64,000 nucleotides of DNA from Octopus vulgaris. Taxonomy: Eukaryota. The translations under genes were made by a program, and so were the position numbers. Of this stretch, positions 1-12,162 are shown in pieces; position 1 is the stretch's first letter; every line of letters begins with the position of its first letter. The notes beneath the pieces were generated by a model. It did not search any database. It was not told where the DNA came from and was given only the letters and a program-made list of their open reading frames with translations. The stretch is taken from positions 193,378,001 through 193,442,000 of the forward strand of contig OX597815.1 of assembly GCA_951406725.2 (NCBI GenBank), in the 5' to 3' direction.

Positions 1-7
1 AATAAAT

Positions 8-75
8 TTCCCACGTTAGTAACAAAACCTGTCAAGCTACTTATATAGTTACTGCTAACGTTACACTCAGATCGC
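8..75 (+). promoter_or_regulatory. Putative core promoter of paralogue 1 (TATA-like plus Inr-like); homologues near 19682-19750 and 40690-40750
   Basis: TATATAG at 42-48 and TCAGAT about 25 nt downstream (TCAGTT in copy 3). The block is conserved upstream of all three first exons. Confidence 0.35.
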
Positions 76-190
76 ACAAAGTGGAATAATAATACCACTG
101 CGAGTAAGAAGTGTAGGACCCCAACATTTGCGGATTTTACCATTTCTGTCTTCTATCGCTAGCTGCACGAAACAGTGGGGGTTCACAATC

Positions 191-200
191 ATGCAAGCCT
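191..200 (+). CDS. Dispanin/CD225 paralogue 1, coding exon 1 (ATG CAA GCC T, phase 1)
   Basis: ATG followed by a GTAAGT donor. The same ATG+10 nt+GTAAGT layout is conserved at 19864 and 40865, and the phase matches the downstream phase-1 acceptors. Confidence 0.75.
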
Positions 201-549
201 GTAAGTATTATATGTTATGAATTTTCATAAGTATATATTCATGAATTTTCCAAAGTATATGTTAATGAATTTTCGTAAATTCTCACTATATGTCCGCGTC
301 TATAATTTCTTTTTTTTAAGCACACACCCTGATTGGCTTGATAAAGTGTTAAGAAAATTAATCATCTCCGTTCTTTCAGCGCGCAAATGTTAATTAAATA
401 CTAGTTTAAGCACACTTGTAATACACGCTGCAGTAATTGAACCCAAGAAACAGGCCTCTGTAGCTGTTACTTTAATTTTCAGCCACTATATATGCATACA
501 TGAACACACACATAAAGACACACACACACGCTCGCCGACGCACATGCAC

Positions 550-612
<63 letters not shown>

Positions 613-639
613 CAGATAGATAAAAAATATTTCTTTATA

Positions 640-1005
640 TTCTTATATTCGTTTACTTGTTCAGGCATTTGACTACGGCCATGCTGGAGCACCGACTTGA
701 AGATTTTTATTCGAAGAAAATTAGCCCAGGTCTTATTCTTTGTAGGCCTGGTACATAAACCAACTTACCGAACCGCTAAACCCATTAATATCGATTCTCG
801 ATAAGGGATAGTGGGGGGACAAACACAGACACAAAAACACACAGACATACATATATATGACGGGATTCTTTCAGTTTCCTCTATCAAATCTATTCACAAG
901 GCTTTGGCCAAACCGAGGTTACAGGAGGAGACACTTGCCCACGCTGCCATGAAGTAGGAGTGTACCTGCTGCAAGCTTAATGCCTAACAACCACGCCTGC
1001 GCCTC
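640..1005 (-). mobile_element. tRNA-derived SINE (family A, internal CA/TA microsatellite)
   Basis: Matches the repeated ...ggcggtgctccagcatggccgcagtcaaatgactgaaac family at 41282, 47390, 49135 and 53350. Confidence 0.75.
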
Positions 1006-1013
1006 TCTTTCTT

Positions 1014-1045
<32 letters not shown>

Positions 1046-1047
1046 CC

Positions 1048-1111
<64 letters not shown>

Positions 1112-1112
<1 letters not shown>

Positions 1113-1512
1113 TAGCAGTATCGCCCGGCGTTGCTCGGGTTTGTTTCGACCCTTTAGAATTGGAACTTTTGAAAAGTAAAAGTTTTGCATTATGTAGCGT
1201 GTTATATATATAGTGAACATTTAAGTGAACATTTTTCTGGTTGAAATACAGCGAAAAATGGCGACACAGCAGTCAAAAATCGTAAAAAGTAGGGATTTTC
1301 ATAGAAAAAAAGCACCTTTTTGATGTAAATAACTTTTGGTATTAACATGGTCCGATTTGAATTTTTTCTTCTACAGAAGGCAGAGCAAGCCTTTTTCTAT
1401 CATACTCTCAATTTTGGTCAACTAGCACTGTAGGGTCTCGAAGGAGATAGTGTTAGTTGAAGGCTACCAAACCTGCCATACACAAACAACTTCAGCTATA
1501 TATATAGAGAGA
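1112..1512 (-). mobile_element. Non-autonomous Helitron-like element
   Basis: Minus strand begins with TC and ends with a GC-rich hairpin (cccgagcaacgccggg) followed by CTAG; inserted between A and T with no TSD. Confidence 0.7.
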
Positions 1513-1576
1513 TATAGTGAAAAGTAAAAAGTAAAAAACTCAAAAGGAAGAGTAAATACGGTTAGACAGCTTTTTA

Positions 1577-1698
1577 ATCTCTACAAATGTTTCGATAGAT
1601 ACAGATCTTCGTTTACACAGGATTTAAAGTTATGTTTAAATTAAATTATTTAACGATTTACCTATACAAGAAGATCTATATGTATCTCCTCAGGCGAT
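1577..1698 (-). ncRNA. Minimal type I hammerhead ribozyme motif with long stem II
   Basis: Minus strand: atcgc-CTGAGGA-gatacatatagatcttc...gaagatctgtatctatc-GAAACatttGTA-gagat. One mismatch in stem I. Confidence 0.65.
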
Positions 1699-1931
1699 AC
1701 TCAGTTGCTGTCTCCGTAAGTAAATTTAGATTTCCATGCTACAACATCCATAGTTTCTTCTTTGAAACTAACAAACGTTGCTGGTTTCAATTTTTATTTT
1801 CTATTTTAACACACGAGGAATACCTAGGACTAGAATTGGTAGCATACCATGTGAATACTACCGGCTATTTGGTAATTCTAAGGGTGAACGAGTTCTATTT
1901 GTACTCTTATACGTTCTTAACAGAACACACC

Positions 1932-1966
<35 letters not shown>

Positions 1967-2069
1967 AAGGGATTAAGTATATATACTGGACTTAATTTAT
2001 CGACCCGAAAGGATGAAAGGCAAAGTCGACCTCGGCGGAATTTGAACTATATATATATATATATATACC

Positions 2070-2127
<58 letters not shown>

Positions 2128-2507
2128 GTAAAATGTATAGGGTAGTGAATATTTATAGAAATTTCACTACCAGTGGCCTTGCATGTATAAAAAGTCAATA
2201 AACAACATATTCTCAATATAAAGTAGTACACTATATATATCAACCACACACATAGATTAACAGCCACAACCACACACACATACACACACACACACGCGCG
2301 TGCTATCATTACACACACACACAGACATGCGCGCACGCACATTTTATACACTTACACACACATACCTCCCTCTCTTGCATTCACCTGTCTTTGAAAGAAC
2401 TTTTTCTCCACCCATTACCTTCCAGTCATTCAAAATGTGACCGTGTGTGTACCGTTGGCGATTTTTTTTCCTCCGTCTTGTCTTCCTTGGATCTTTCCTT
2501 TTCCTAT

Positions 2508-2542
2508 GTTTCTGACGAAGAGCTCCGCTCGAAACGTTAAAT
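2508..2542 (+). ncRNA. Minimal hammerhead motif within a ~200-bp Penelope-like repeat (about 2435-2625)
   Basis: gttt-CTGACGA-agagctccgctc-GAAACGTT-aaat. Confidence 0.6.
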
Positions 2543-3140
2543 TCTCCTTCTTTCTTTCCTTTCCTGGGCGTCCAATAACACTATACGTGTTCCACATCCT
2601 CGCGTTGTTGTGTTTTCTTTTTGTGACGAGTATGTAAACAACATACAGATGTATTAGTTCAACGCTCGGGAAGTGAGAAAGTCTTTTAACAGAAAAAGCT
2701 ATAGTCGCTAGCGATCTGTGTGTGCGTGGGTGCGTGCGTGCGTGCGTGCATGTGTGTGCGCGTGTGTGTGTGTGTGCGTGTGTGTGTGTGTGTGTTTGCG
2801 TGTGTCTGCGTGTGTATGTGTGTGTGTGTCTGTCTATCTATACATTTATGAAGGTTAAGGTAAAATCGGGTACTTGAAAAGATATGAACCGTGTAGGGTT
2901 GGATAAAACTACGGTCACCGCATTTCATTTGATAATTACGGTTCTTTTTTCCAATGATGTAACATTCTCATTCTTCTATCTAAGAAAATGCGAAAGAAAC
3001 ACACACACACATACGAAAACACGCACACACATTCACACACACAAAAGTATATATATAGAGAGAGATCGCCATGTTGAATCGCTAGCTTCTGCACGCATTT
3101 TTTTCTCTCCTTGTTTCTCTCCGTGTTTCTTTTCTGTGTA

Positions 3141-3178
3141 TCTTTCTGTTGAAGAGCGTAGGCTCGAAACGTAAAAGA
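3141..3178 (+). ncRNA. Minimal hammerhead-like motif, core variant CUGUUGA
   Basis: tcttt-CTGTTGA-agagcgtaggctc-GAAACGTA-aaaga. Perfect 5-bp stem I; non-canonical residue at core position 6. Confidence 0.5.
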
Positions 3179-3275
3179 CTTGTTTTATTTATATTCCTGA
3201 GCGCCATACTAATACAATTGTTTGTTTGTACTCCACCTGCCTTCGTCTTTTGTTTATTTTCATAAAGCTTCTCGT

Positions 3276-3376
<101 letters not shown>

Positions 3377-3957
3377 AAAACACCTAGTCAAGGCATACTA
3401 TTTGTTATATTAACGGTAGCTCTATTTCCTATCATTTCCTGTTTCAGCAACCTCGTATTCAATAGATGCTCTCCTCACTGTTCTGAGTTAGATTATGAAC
3501 TAAAGTTTCGCACATAATCATTACATCCTTGTAATCTACTTACCTATAAACCCTCCGTAGCACCTAGTTCCTTTTGAACTGTAGCATTATATTTCCTTCA
3601 GCACTTGGCTCCTTTAATTTCCTTATACTTAAACTCAGTAATTAAACGTTCCTACTCTATCCATTTAATTATTTTATCTATATCTACATTTACCCCACAC
3701 CGATTAACTTCGGATTTGTGGTCTTAATTAATTTTATCCCTTGAATTTCAATTAAAAATATATATATATATAGTCACTTAGCGGTTCGGCCGTCACTTAG
3801 CGGTTCGGTCGTCACTTAGCGGTTCGGCAAAAGAGACCGATAGAATAAGTACTGGGCTTACAAAGAATAAGTCCCGGGGTCGATTTGCTCGACTGAAGGC
3901 GGTGCTCCAGCATGGCCGCAGTCAAATGACTGAAACATGTAAAAGAGTAAAAGAGAG

Positions 3958-4162
3958 TTAATCCAAACAAGAAAGCACAAAAAACACATCAACGCGAGGA
4001 CGTGGAACAAATATAGTATTATTGGACGCTCAGGAAAGAAGGAAAGAAGGAGGGTTTAACGTTTCGAGCGGAGCTCTTCGTCGGAAACATAGGAGAAGGA
4101 AAGATCCAGAGAAGGGAAGACAGAGGAAAAGAAATCGCCAACGGTACACACGTGGTCACGAT
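3958..4162 (-). mobile_element. Penelope-like repeat fragment with HHR-like motif (CCGACGA core, 4054-4088)
   Basis: Inverted copy of 2435-2625; a near-identical copy lies at 44350-44552. Confidence 0.55.
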
Positions 4163-4185
4163 TGTATGTATGTATGTATATATAT

Positions 4186-4222
<37 letters not shown>

Positions 4223-4303
4223 AACATATTGATACACACACACATATATACATATATATATACATACTTACACACATACATATTTATGTATATATTCATA
4301 TAT

Positions 4304-4577
4304 ATATCAAACTAAAATCATTGAACAAGCAAATACAAAGTCAACCGCATGTCATTTCATAATTCGAACATTTAATTATAGAATAAACATATAACCCGCA
4401 AGTTTTAATGATAAGAATTTTTCTCGCACCATACCATATTATTATTATTACGTGCTGTATATATGAATTTTGTTCCATCTTGCGGGTTATATGTTTATTC
4501 TATAATTAAATGTTCGAATTATGAAATGACATGCGGTTGACTTTGTAGTTGCTTGTTCAATGATTTTAGTTTGATAT
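4304..4577. repeat. Inverted repeat, 99-bp arms (4304-4402 and 4479-4577), 76-nt spacer
   Basis: Arms are reverse complements with one mismatch seen; the left arm abuts a (TA)-rich tract. Confidence 0.9.
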
Positions 4578-4665
4578 TTTTGTCTCTTCCAATAGAGCAC
4601 TTCTATTGCAGTCCTATTAAACCTTTTTTTGTTCCTGACAAGAAACAATTATTGTATCGATATTC

Positions 4666-4750
<85 letters not shown>

Positions 4751-5157
4751 CATGTGTGTACATATATATGTATATAGGGAAACATTCATATATAAATGTA
4801 CACACTCATATGTATATATATGTGTGCATATGTATCTACAGAGAAGTCGAGAGAGAGTTAGAGGGAGTCAGAGAGAGCCCGAGGGAAAGAGAAACAGAGC
4901 GAGTGTGAATAAGCTTTTTTATTTGTGTGAACTTCCGTAAGTTATAATAGGGAAGAAACTAATTTTGTTGCTTTTGATGTTTTAATTGTTTCTTTTATAA
5001 AATTTGCTATTATGCTAATAAATATGTCTTGAAAACTAGTATTCATTTCGAGCTTTTGCATCAGCACCCAGAGATTTCACAAATGCTCAGTTATAAATAT
5101 TGTGCTTATAGCCTAACTTCTGATGATACCCATGGCGATAAAATCGTTCTTCCACAG

Positions 5158-5175
5158 ATGCCCGTCGTACGAAAG
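5158..5175 (+). CDS. Dispanin paralogue 1, 18-nt symmetric micro-exon (adds 6 aa; reads YARRTKD across the junctions)
   Basis: CTAAC branch-like motif near 5113, ttcttccacag acceptor and AAG|GTGAAT donor. Phase 1-1 keeps the frame between exons 1 and 3. Homologous sequence at 48483-48500. Confidence 0.55.
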
Positions 5176-5724
5176 GTGAATCTCTAGTTCGTATATACAC
5201 ATCCACATGCACATTATTTATGAAGGGTTTTATACGGTTTCATGCAAATTAAAGTTTCATCGTAGGCTTCTGAGGCGAACCTTTGTATGAGACAAGTCTC
5301 GGATGTCTTCTATATGTGGAAGATTTTTGTCCAAGGTGACCAAACACGAAGGTTCCTAGCCACATATTAATGCCTATATATATATATGTATGTGTGTGTG
5401 TATGTACATATTTCTATATAAATGTAATGTTATGTAGATAAGTATGTGTGTCTATGTAAATATACTTGTGTGTGTGAATTTATGTTGTATGTGTGCGAAA
5501 ATAGATATAAATATGTACATAGAAATCTGTTCATACATATAAGTATGTACATATAAATTTGTATATATATGTACATATATATTTGTATGTATTTATGTAT
5601 GTATGTATCTTAGTATGTACGTACGCATGTATGTATGTGTGTGTGTGTGTGTATGTATGTGTGTGTGTATGTATGTATGTATGTACATATATATGTATAT
5701 AGGGAAACATTCATATATAAATCC

Positions 5725-5990
5725 ATAACACCACAAATCCTTTGAAGTCTGCCATAGTCAGAGCAATGTCCAAAATGAACCAGGACCACTTGATTCGAGC
5801 ATGTAGAGGATTTAGATCTCATATAGAAGCAGTTGTTGAAGATGAAGACAGCTTTATTGAACAACATTATAGAAAAGAAAGTTTAGATTTATCCTCATAT
5901 TATTTTTTGACAAATATATTTATTATTTGTTATATATTTGCTTCTTTTATAAACATAAATCTGTCCTTAATTATCTTACGCACACTGAAT
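5725..5990 (+). mobile_element. Tc1/mariner (maT/DD37D-like) 3' remnant
   Basis: [21 protein letters not shown] transposase C-terminus; a longer copy lies at 23985-24800. Confidence 0.6.
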
Positions 5991-6510
5991 ATAATATATA
6001 TATATAGTAGTAGCAGTATTAACAGAAAGAAGGAATTTCGAGTATCCCCATGTGGTGAGTTGTAATATATATATGAGAAATTAAAAAAGGAAAATACGCA
6101 CACTTCACATAGTTTTAATATAAGTTTTAATATATCGACCGGTTTCGCAATCGCTATTCATGATATTATGTTTTACTTACCTGAATATGTATTTTCTTAA
6201 GGAGAAATTTTGTCCATGTAATTTACGAGTGATTCACTCGTAAATATCATCAACAACTGGCTCTCTTATTTGAGGTACTTTGTTTTAACAGCACTAAGAG
6301 TTATCAAGAAACCAATTGATCCAGGGATGTCAATTTTCCCGTTCTGCGGCTTTCTTTCGTTATAATGTGTTAATTTCTTTCAAATTTAAGCAAATTGTCA
6401 TAAGAAAATTTACAGTCAGCAACCAGCATATAACATTTGTTGATTAATTAGATATATGAGGAATGTACACTTTGAAATATTGCTGGTGGAATCTAATTTC
6501 TTTTTTACAG

Positions 6511-6860
6511 ATAACACAAAACCTGCTGAGCGGAACGATGAACCACCTGGATACTATGAGTACCATGGATACACAACTGATTTCTATAATGCTTCAACAT
6601 CTGGACATTCCGAACAACCTATGTATCTACCATCAACAGCATATACACCACACTCCGAATATCCACCACCACCAGCATATACACCACAACCCGAAAATCC
6701 ACCACTATCCGAATATCCACCACAGTGTGGATGTCCACTACAAACGGGTTATCCACCACTACCTGGATACCCGTCAGAACCATCACCTGTCCTACAACAA
6801 CCATCACAACAACAACAACAGCAACAACCACAAAGACAACATCAGCAAGTGTCTGATACT
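6511..6860 (+). CDS. Dispanin paralogue 1, Pro/Tyr/Gln-rich N-terminal exon
   Basis: ttttttacag acceptor and GTAAGC donor. Open frame (D)NTKPAERNDEPPGYY...EYPPPPAY...QQQVSDT; phase 1 in, phase 0 out. Confidence 0.85.
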
Positions 6861-7559
6861 GTAAGCAAATATCTTTTCGTTTCATTTTACGTCTTTATTA
6901 TTCTTCAAGCATTTATCCTGAACAGAGATCTTATCTGTAGCAAGTTTTAGTCATCAAAAGGTGAATATTCTAGGAAATCCCCTTTAAGAGATTTTAGCCA
7001 TTCATATCATTATATGGAGCAGAATAAATGATTTAGAACGATAATGGTAACAGTAGCAAAGGGAGTACCTGGCTTGGAAGATATATACACACGAATATAT
7101 GCATGTGTGCGTGTGTGTTTGTGTGCGTGTATGCACGTATGTGCGCTTGTGTGCGTTTATGTATGTGTGCGCTTTTGTGCATGCGTACACGCATGTACGC
7201 TTATGTCAGTGTATGTGTCTGTGTGTGTGTATGTTTGCATGTGTGTGTGAATGCATGAAGGGCTGCCTCAAATATTCCATCAGCTAAATTCAACTCACAA
7301 AATATTTGTCAACTCAAAACTATGGTACAGCCTAGCTTCCTCTTCTGCAAGTTATGGTGCAGCAGGATCAAACCTGGAGACGTCTGCAGGGAATTTCTTA
7401 ACTACAAAGTGATGTGTTCACATACAAACGTAACATCATTTCTTGTGGTCGTCTCACATCTTTCCCTCTCGTTCAGAACACCTACTACAAAATATAATGA
7501 TTACTATGGTTTAGAAGGAAACGTGTATTCCGCTTGACCATGCTACCTTGTAAGAATCT

Positions 7560-8010
7560 GGAGATAACAGAAGAGATCTTATGTATTTCAAGGGCATTGA
7601 GTAGCCTTGAGTGTGGGACACTATCAAACGCTTTCCGTAGTTATCCATCTATATTCAGGTTCTCCTTGTTGTTTCGGCAATTCTCTACAAAATGAATTCC
7701 TCTTATAACCTTTTGTAGCGTGTGGAAGGATAGATTTCCGTTCCAAGAAATTGTATATTCTTTAGGCTAGTATGTATGTGATGATCTTGTAGGTGGTCTT
7801 CAGATATGTAATTGGGCTGCAGTTCTTTGGATTTTTCCTCTTGCAATTTCATCGAAAACTCATATATCCGCCCATAAAAATTCCAGCCCTCTATTGCTAC
7901 ATTCCACTTTGGAGGTCTATTGACATGGTTGGTCCTTCTCTGTGACGTCCTGATACCTAATTCAGCGGTAACAATTTTAGCAGTGAAATAAATACGGTTA
8001 TTAAACATTG
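7560..8010 (-). mobile_element. Degenerate Penelope-like endonuclease remnant (duplicate near 27560-28010)
   Basis: EDHLQDHHIHTSLKNIQFLGTE...YKRL resembles the C-terminal part of PLE GIY-YIG domains; weak match. Confidence 0.35.
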
Positions 8011-8411
8011 TTTGGGCATTTCCTTTATTACTAAAAACCTGTCTAAGAGCAACACTCTATATCATGATCATGTTGTTATTTTTAATGTTGCTTCTAAACA
8101 TTAGCATGTTCACATAGACGAATGGAGAGTTGCATGTGAAGGTAATTATTCAATTTACGTACTTACTGTGTAATTAGTGCGTTGTACCAAGTTACCTTGT
8201 GTTGAGATATCATGCATTTAAAAAAGAAACTACACTTTATGTAACGAAAATCCTTCCGAATTTTTCATTGCTGTATCACGATGTTTTCCTTCCATTGCAC
8301 CGTCGTTACTGGATTAAGTTTTCTTTGTGGAGTTCGTCCAAGTTGTGCTCCTCATCAACATAAACATCACTAGATAATTATATTAACTTTTTTGATATGT
8401 TCTCTTTCCAG

Positions 8412-8519
8412 ACAGAAGACCAACTAAAAGAATCTGTAATTAACATTAGACGAACAATTATTGCTACTCTTTTCTGCTGTTTTCCATCAGGTATTGTTGC
8501 TCTTGTTAGTGCAGTTAAA
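8412..8519 (+). CDS. Dispanin paralogue 1, CD225 domain exon A (TEDQLKESVINIRRTIIATLFCCFPSGIVALVSAVK)
   Basis: ttccag acceptor, AAA|GTAAGT donor. LFCCFPxGIVAL motif typical of CD225. The phase-0 intron after ...VK matches the IFITM-type intron position. Confidence 0.9.
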
Positions 8520-8879
8520 GTAAGTAAATACAAACATTTCTCGCAAGAACTTCTGTTTGTTCGCATACCTTTTATCCAACCGTTGATGTATGTGAAGAAA
8601 TATGCTTACCAACCACATGGTTCCGGCTTCGGTTCTACTGCACCTGGAGTAAGTGATCTGTACAATAGACAGGTGCTGATCAAAGCCATGTGAACGGATT
8701 AAGCAGATGAAAACTGAAAGAAACCCATCATGCACACAAATACATGCACACATATATATATATATATATACATAAAAACATGTGAGAGTGTGTATGTGTA
8801 TATGTGTGAGTGTATCGAAAAGAAAGAGAGTATCTATGTTTGTGTTTATCAAATACAACCATAGATAAGCGATGTTGAG

Positions 8880-9560
8880 ACGACCACCAAAAATGGCCTT
8901 TGAAAAGTCTACGGCCAAATCACCTAAACAAATCAAGATACAGTGTTTCAAAACAGAAAAAATGTCTATAATGAAAATTTATATAATGTTCTTTTCAAGA
9001 AGTTACTGTACATTGTTGATATTTCGTGTGGCTACTCCTCACCTTGAATGATTGCTTCAATGCACTTAGGAAGAGATGAGTACAAATCCTTCACCAGCTT
9101 CACAGGCATTTAATGTCATTCTCTGTGGCTGATCTCTCACAACACTTCAAGATTAAGTGGATTCTTCTGACAAACTCTTCTCTTTAGTTCTGTACACATT
9201 TGTTCGATTACATTTAAGTCAGGTATCTGAGCTGGCCAATCTTTCAATATGGTAACACCTTCATCAGAAGACTCTGTTATGTTGCAAACAATCTGTAGCA
9301 TTGCGCTACGTCTTGCTGAAAATCCTCAGTATGCGATGTGACCTGCTTTTGTGCCATGGGTGGTCTTGCTGAAAGTGTTTGTTCTCTCAGAACAATTAGG
9401 TAACGGCAAACAGTCAAGCCCTCTTATCATTATAAGACATACACTCTCTGCATCAACAAATTTTAACAACAAGAATTTGGTATTTTCGTGCTAGGCTCAC
9501 CATCAAATCATATCCAGAACTAATTTATGATAGTCTAGACATTTTGTCAAACTGTGTTTG
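8880..9560 (-). mobile_element. Degenerate Tc1-like transposase remnant (duplicate near 29170-29860)
   Basis: Minus-strand fragments FQQDVAQ and WPAQIPDLNVIEQM resemble Tc1 FQQDNAP and WPxQSPDLNPIE. Confidence 0.55.
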
Positions 9561-10469
9561 GATTACGTTATCCAATGTGTTATTATAAAATATTGTTTTT
9601 TAAAAGAGAATGCTGTGATTTGAGGAATTTAGCTGCTCTTTCAAGCAGTTTTAGTTGTCTCCTTGTGGTTGTGTCATAGACTGTTTGAGGTTCCCTCATG
9701 GAGTTGATACGCATTTAGTTGATGGGGATTATAGAGGAGAAGCACAATTAAAGGTCCTAAACAAGATCAAATGAACATCATGATTATAATAGTTGTGAAA
9801 ATGGTTCTTATATAAAGGCTTACCTCTAATGCGTGTTTGCTCCATTATGTCTAACAATAACCGTTTCAAGTATTCCAAGCACAGCAGTCTTATTTTAACT
9901 CATCTTTAATATCTGTCAACTCACCATATCATTGTAAATAAGGTTTCTATTAATCCAGTCTACATAAAATAGCTTAAACCCCAAAGTAGCAATTGGCTAA
10001 GAAACAGCATAGCATTGATCAGCGTTGATAAAACATCTGCTTTTATAAGAGCAATGGTTATGAAACTGACGAAATATCACTTCACCACCCCCGGAACAAC
10101 ACACACATTACAAAAATATTGGTAGAATTTGTGGTCACACCAGCTCCCCTCCATTCACTCCTTTAGTAAAAAGAAATTCTATTGTTCATCCATATAATTC
10201 CATATAATTGCTACGACGCATAAAATATTTAGCTTTATTTTGTCCGTTTTTATGTTCTGAGTTCATATTACTTCTGCTCTACTTTGCCTTTCATCCTTTA
10301 GGGATACATAAAATAAGTAATTGTTTGAGTACTGGGATCGATGTAATTCACTTATTCATTCCTCCGAAATTGCTGGCCATGTGACAAAATAAAAATCAAC
10401 ATATTTGTTGTTGTTCAGTTTTATTGACGTGTTTAAATATAAACTAATTCTTGTCTTTCTGTCTTCTAG

Positions 10470-10613
10470 GCATACAAAATGGCCAAAAATGGAAATTTAG
10501 AAGGTGCAACCCGCGCAAACAATACTGCAAAACAATTCATCAAACTATCACATTTTGCTGCTTTTCTTGCGTATATTTTGTATGTGATTTTAATCCTCAT
10601 TAACTTTACTTAA
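10470..10613 (+). CDS. Dispanin paralogue 1, CD225 exon B with C-terminal TM helix (AYKMAKNGNLEGATRANNTAKQFIKLSHFAAFLAYILYVILILINFT*)
   Basis: tcttctag acceptor. G-N-L-E-G-A...A-K motif of the CD225 loop, hydrophobic C-terminus, TAA at 10611-10613. Confidence 0.9.
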   Translation, partial: AYKMAKNGNLEGATRANNTAKQFIKLSHFAAFLAYILYVILILINFT

Positions 10614-11149
10614 AAAGTCACTAGATAATGATATATTCTGACCGGTGAAATCTAACACTTCAGCCTGATAGCATGAACCCATAAAGCAGTAAAATTATGA
10701 GAGTATACAGATATTCCTGCACCTCTTGTAGCATTCCTTCGCTCCAATTTAATCACCCACGAAATCAACGGGTAATGTTGTTGCATTTTGGCTTTAATTC
10801 AATCTTCTTGATCAGGAATGGTCAAACTTTAAAATCGTTTTTAAAATATATTTGTGAAACAAAGCAAATTTTTTAACTCTTTCATAGTTTCAAAGTATTT
10901 CCTTAAAATAAGTTATTTGAAACTTTAATATTTATATAAGTGCTTAAGCTGTGTAACATAAATTAAACACTACATACACAAAGAGTAAACAGTTGTACTC
11001 GTATACTGACAAATATCGCTATACATGTCAACACAAAAGATTAGATAATGGTAGAGAGATAAGGCTAAAAGTGAAAACTACATTCAAATATTGACAACGA
11101 GTGTAGTGGAATATTTCTTGTAGCTTTCATTTATAACTATTTGGGTTAA

Positions 11150-11385
11150 TATTTTTCTTTATTGCACACAAGGGGCTAAACATAGAGAGGACAAAGAAGG
11201 ACAGACAAAGGGATCAAGTCGATTACATCGACCCCAGTGCGAAACTGGTACTTTATTTATCGAACCCGAAAGGATTAAAGGCAAAGTCGACCTCGGCGGA
11301 ATTTAAACTCAGAATGTAACGGCAGACGAAACACTGCTAAGCATTTCGCCCGGCGCGCTAACGTTTCTGCCAGCTCACCGCTTTG
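11150..11385 (-). mobile_element. tRNA-derived SINE family B (Nin-domain-like); recombinant of the two SINEs at 31420 and 32555
   Basis: Contains a variant of the family core gcctttcatcctttcggggtcgataaa. Its left flank matches 31400 and its right flank matches 32790. Confidence 0.75.
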
Positions 11386-12070
11386 TACGTTATGAAATAT
11401 AGCCGAAAGAATTGATTCGGAACAGGACTGGGAGATTTATTAGACGAATCTAGAACAGCTTGTAAAAAGATCTTCACTTATTACAGCTCACAAACAAGGC
11501 AGACCTTCACGTCACGCCACACACAAGATGGATGAAAAAAGTTTTCCTTAAGAAAATACGTATTTAAATAATTTTTAATGTCATCAATAGTGAAAGTGCA
11601 ACCGGTCGACAAACACAATAAATGATATATTAAAAAACAACTTTGATCTCTTTACATATTTTAATACACGATTACATCACTGTACATATATCTACCCAAT
11701 AAATTAGTTATCGAAATTTGTGTATATATATATAATCCCAACACCCTACCGAGAGCTGAACAGTTATCTCCCTTCCCCACTTTCATAACGATAACGAATT
11801 ACCACCCCTTCCTCTTCTACTTGTTGAATCATTCACTCATAAATTTCCCACACAACATGTACCAAAAAATTTCTTCTTAAGAAAATACTATCTAAATAAA
11901 TCTTAATGTCATGAATAGTGAAAGCGAAACCGGTCGACAAGCACAATAATTGATATATTAAAAATTATATTAAAACTATGTAATGTGTGAGCATTTTTCT
12001 TCTTTAATTTCATATATATATTACAATTCACCACTTGGGGATAATCAAAACCCCTCCTTTTCTGTTACTG

Positions 12071-12162
<92 letters not shown>

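Noticed and set aside
9235-9275. CTGATGA...GAAA on the minus strand as a hammerhead
   Set aside because: Stems do not form, and it lies inside a Tc1 transposase remnant.
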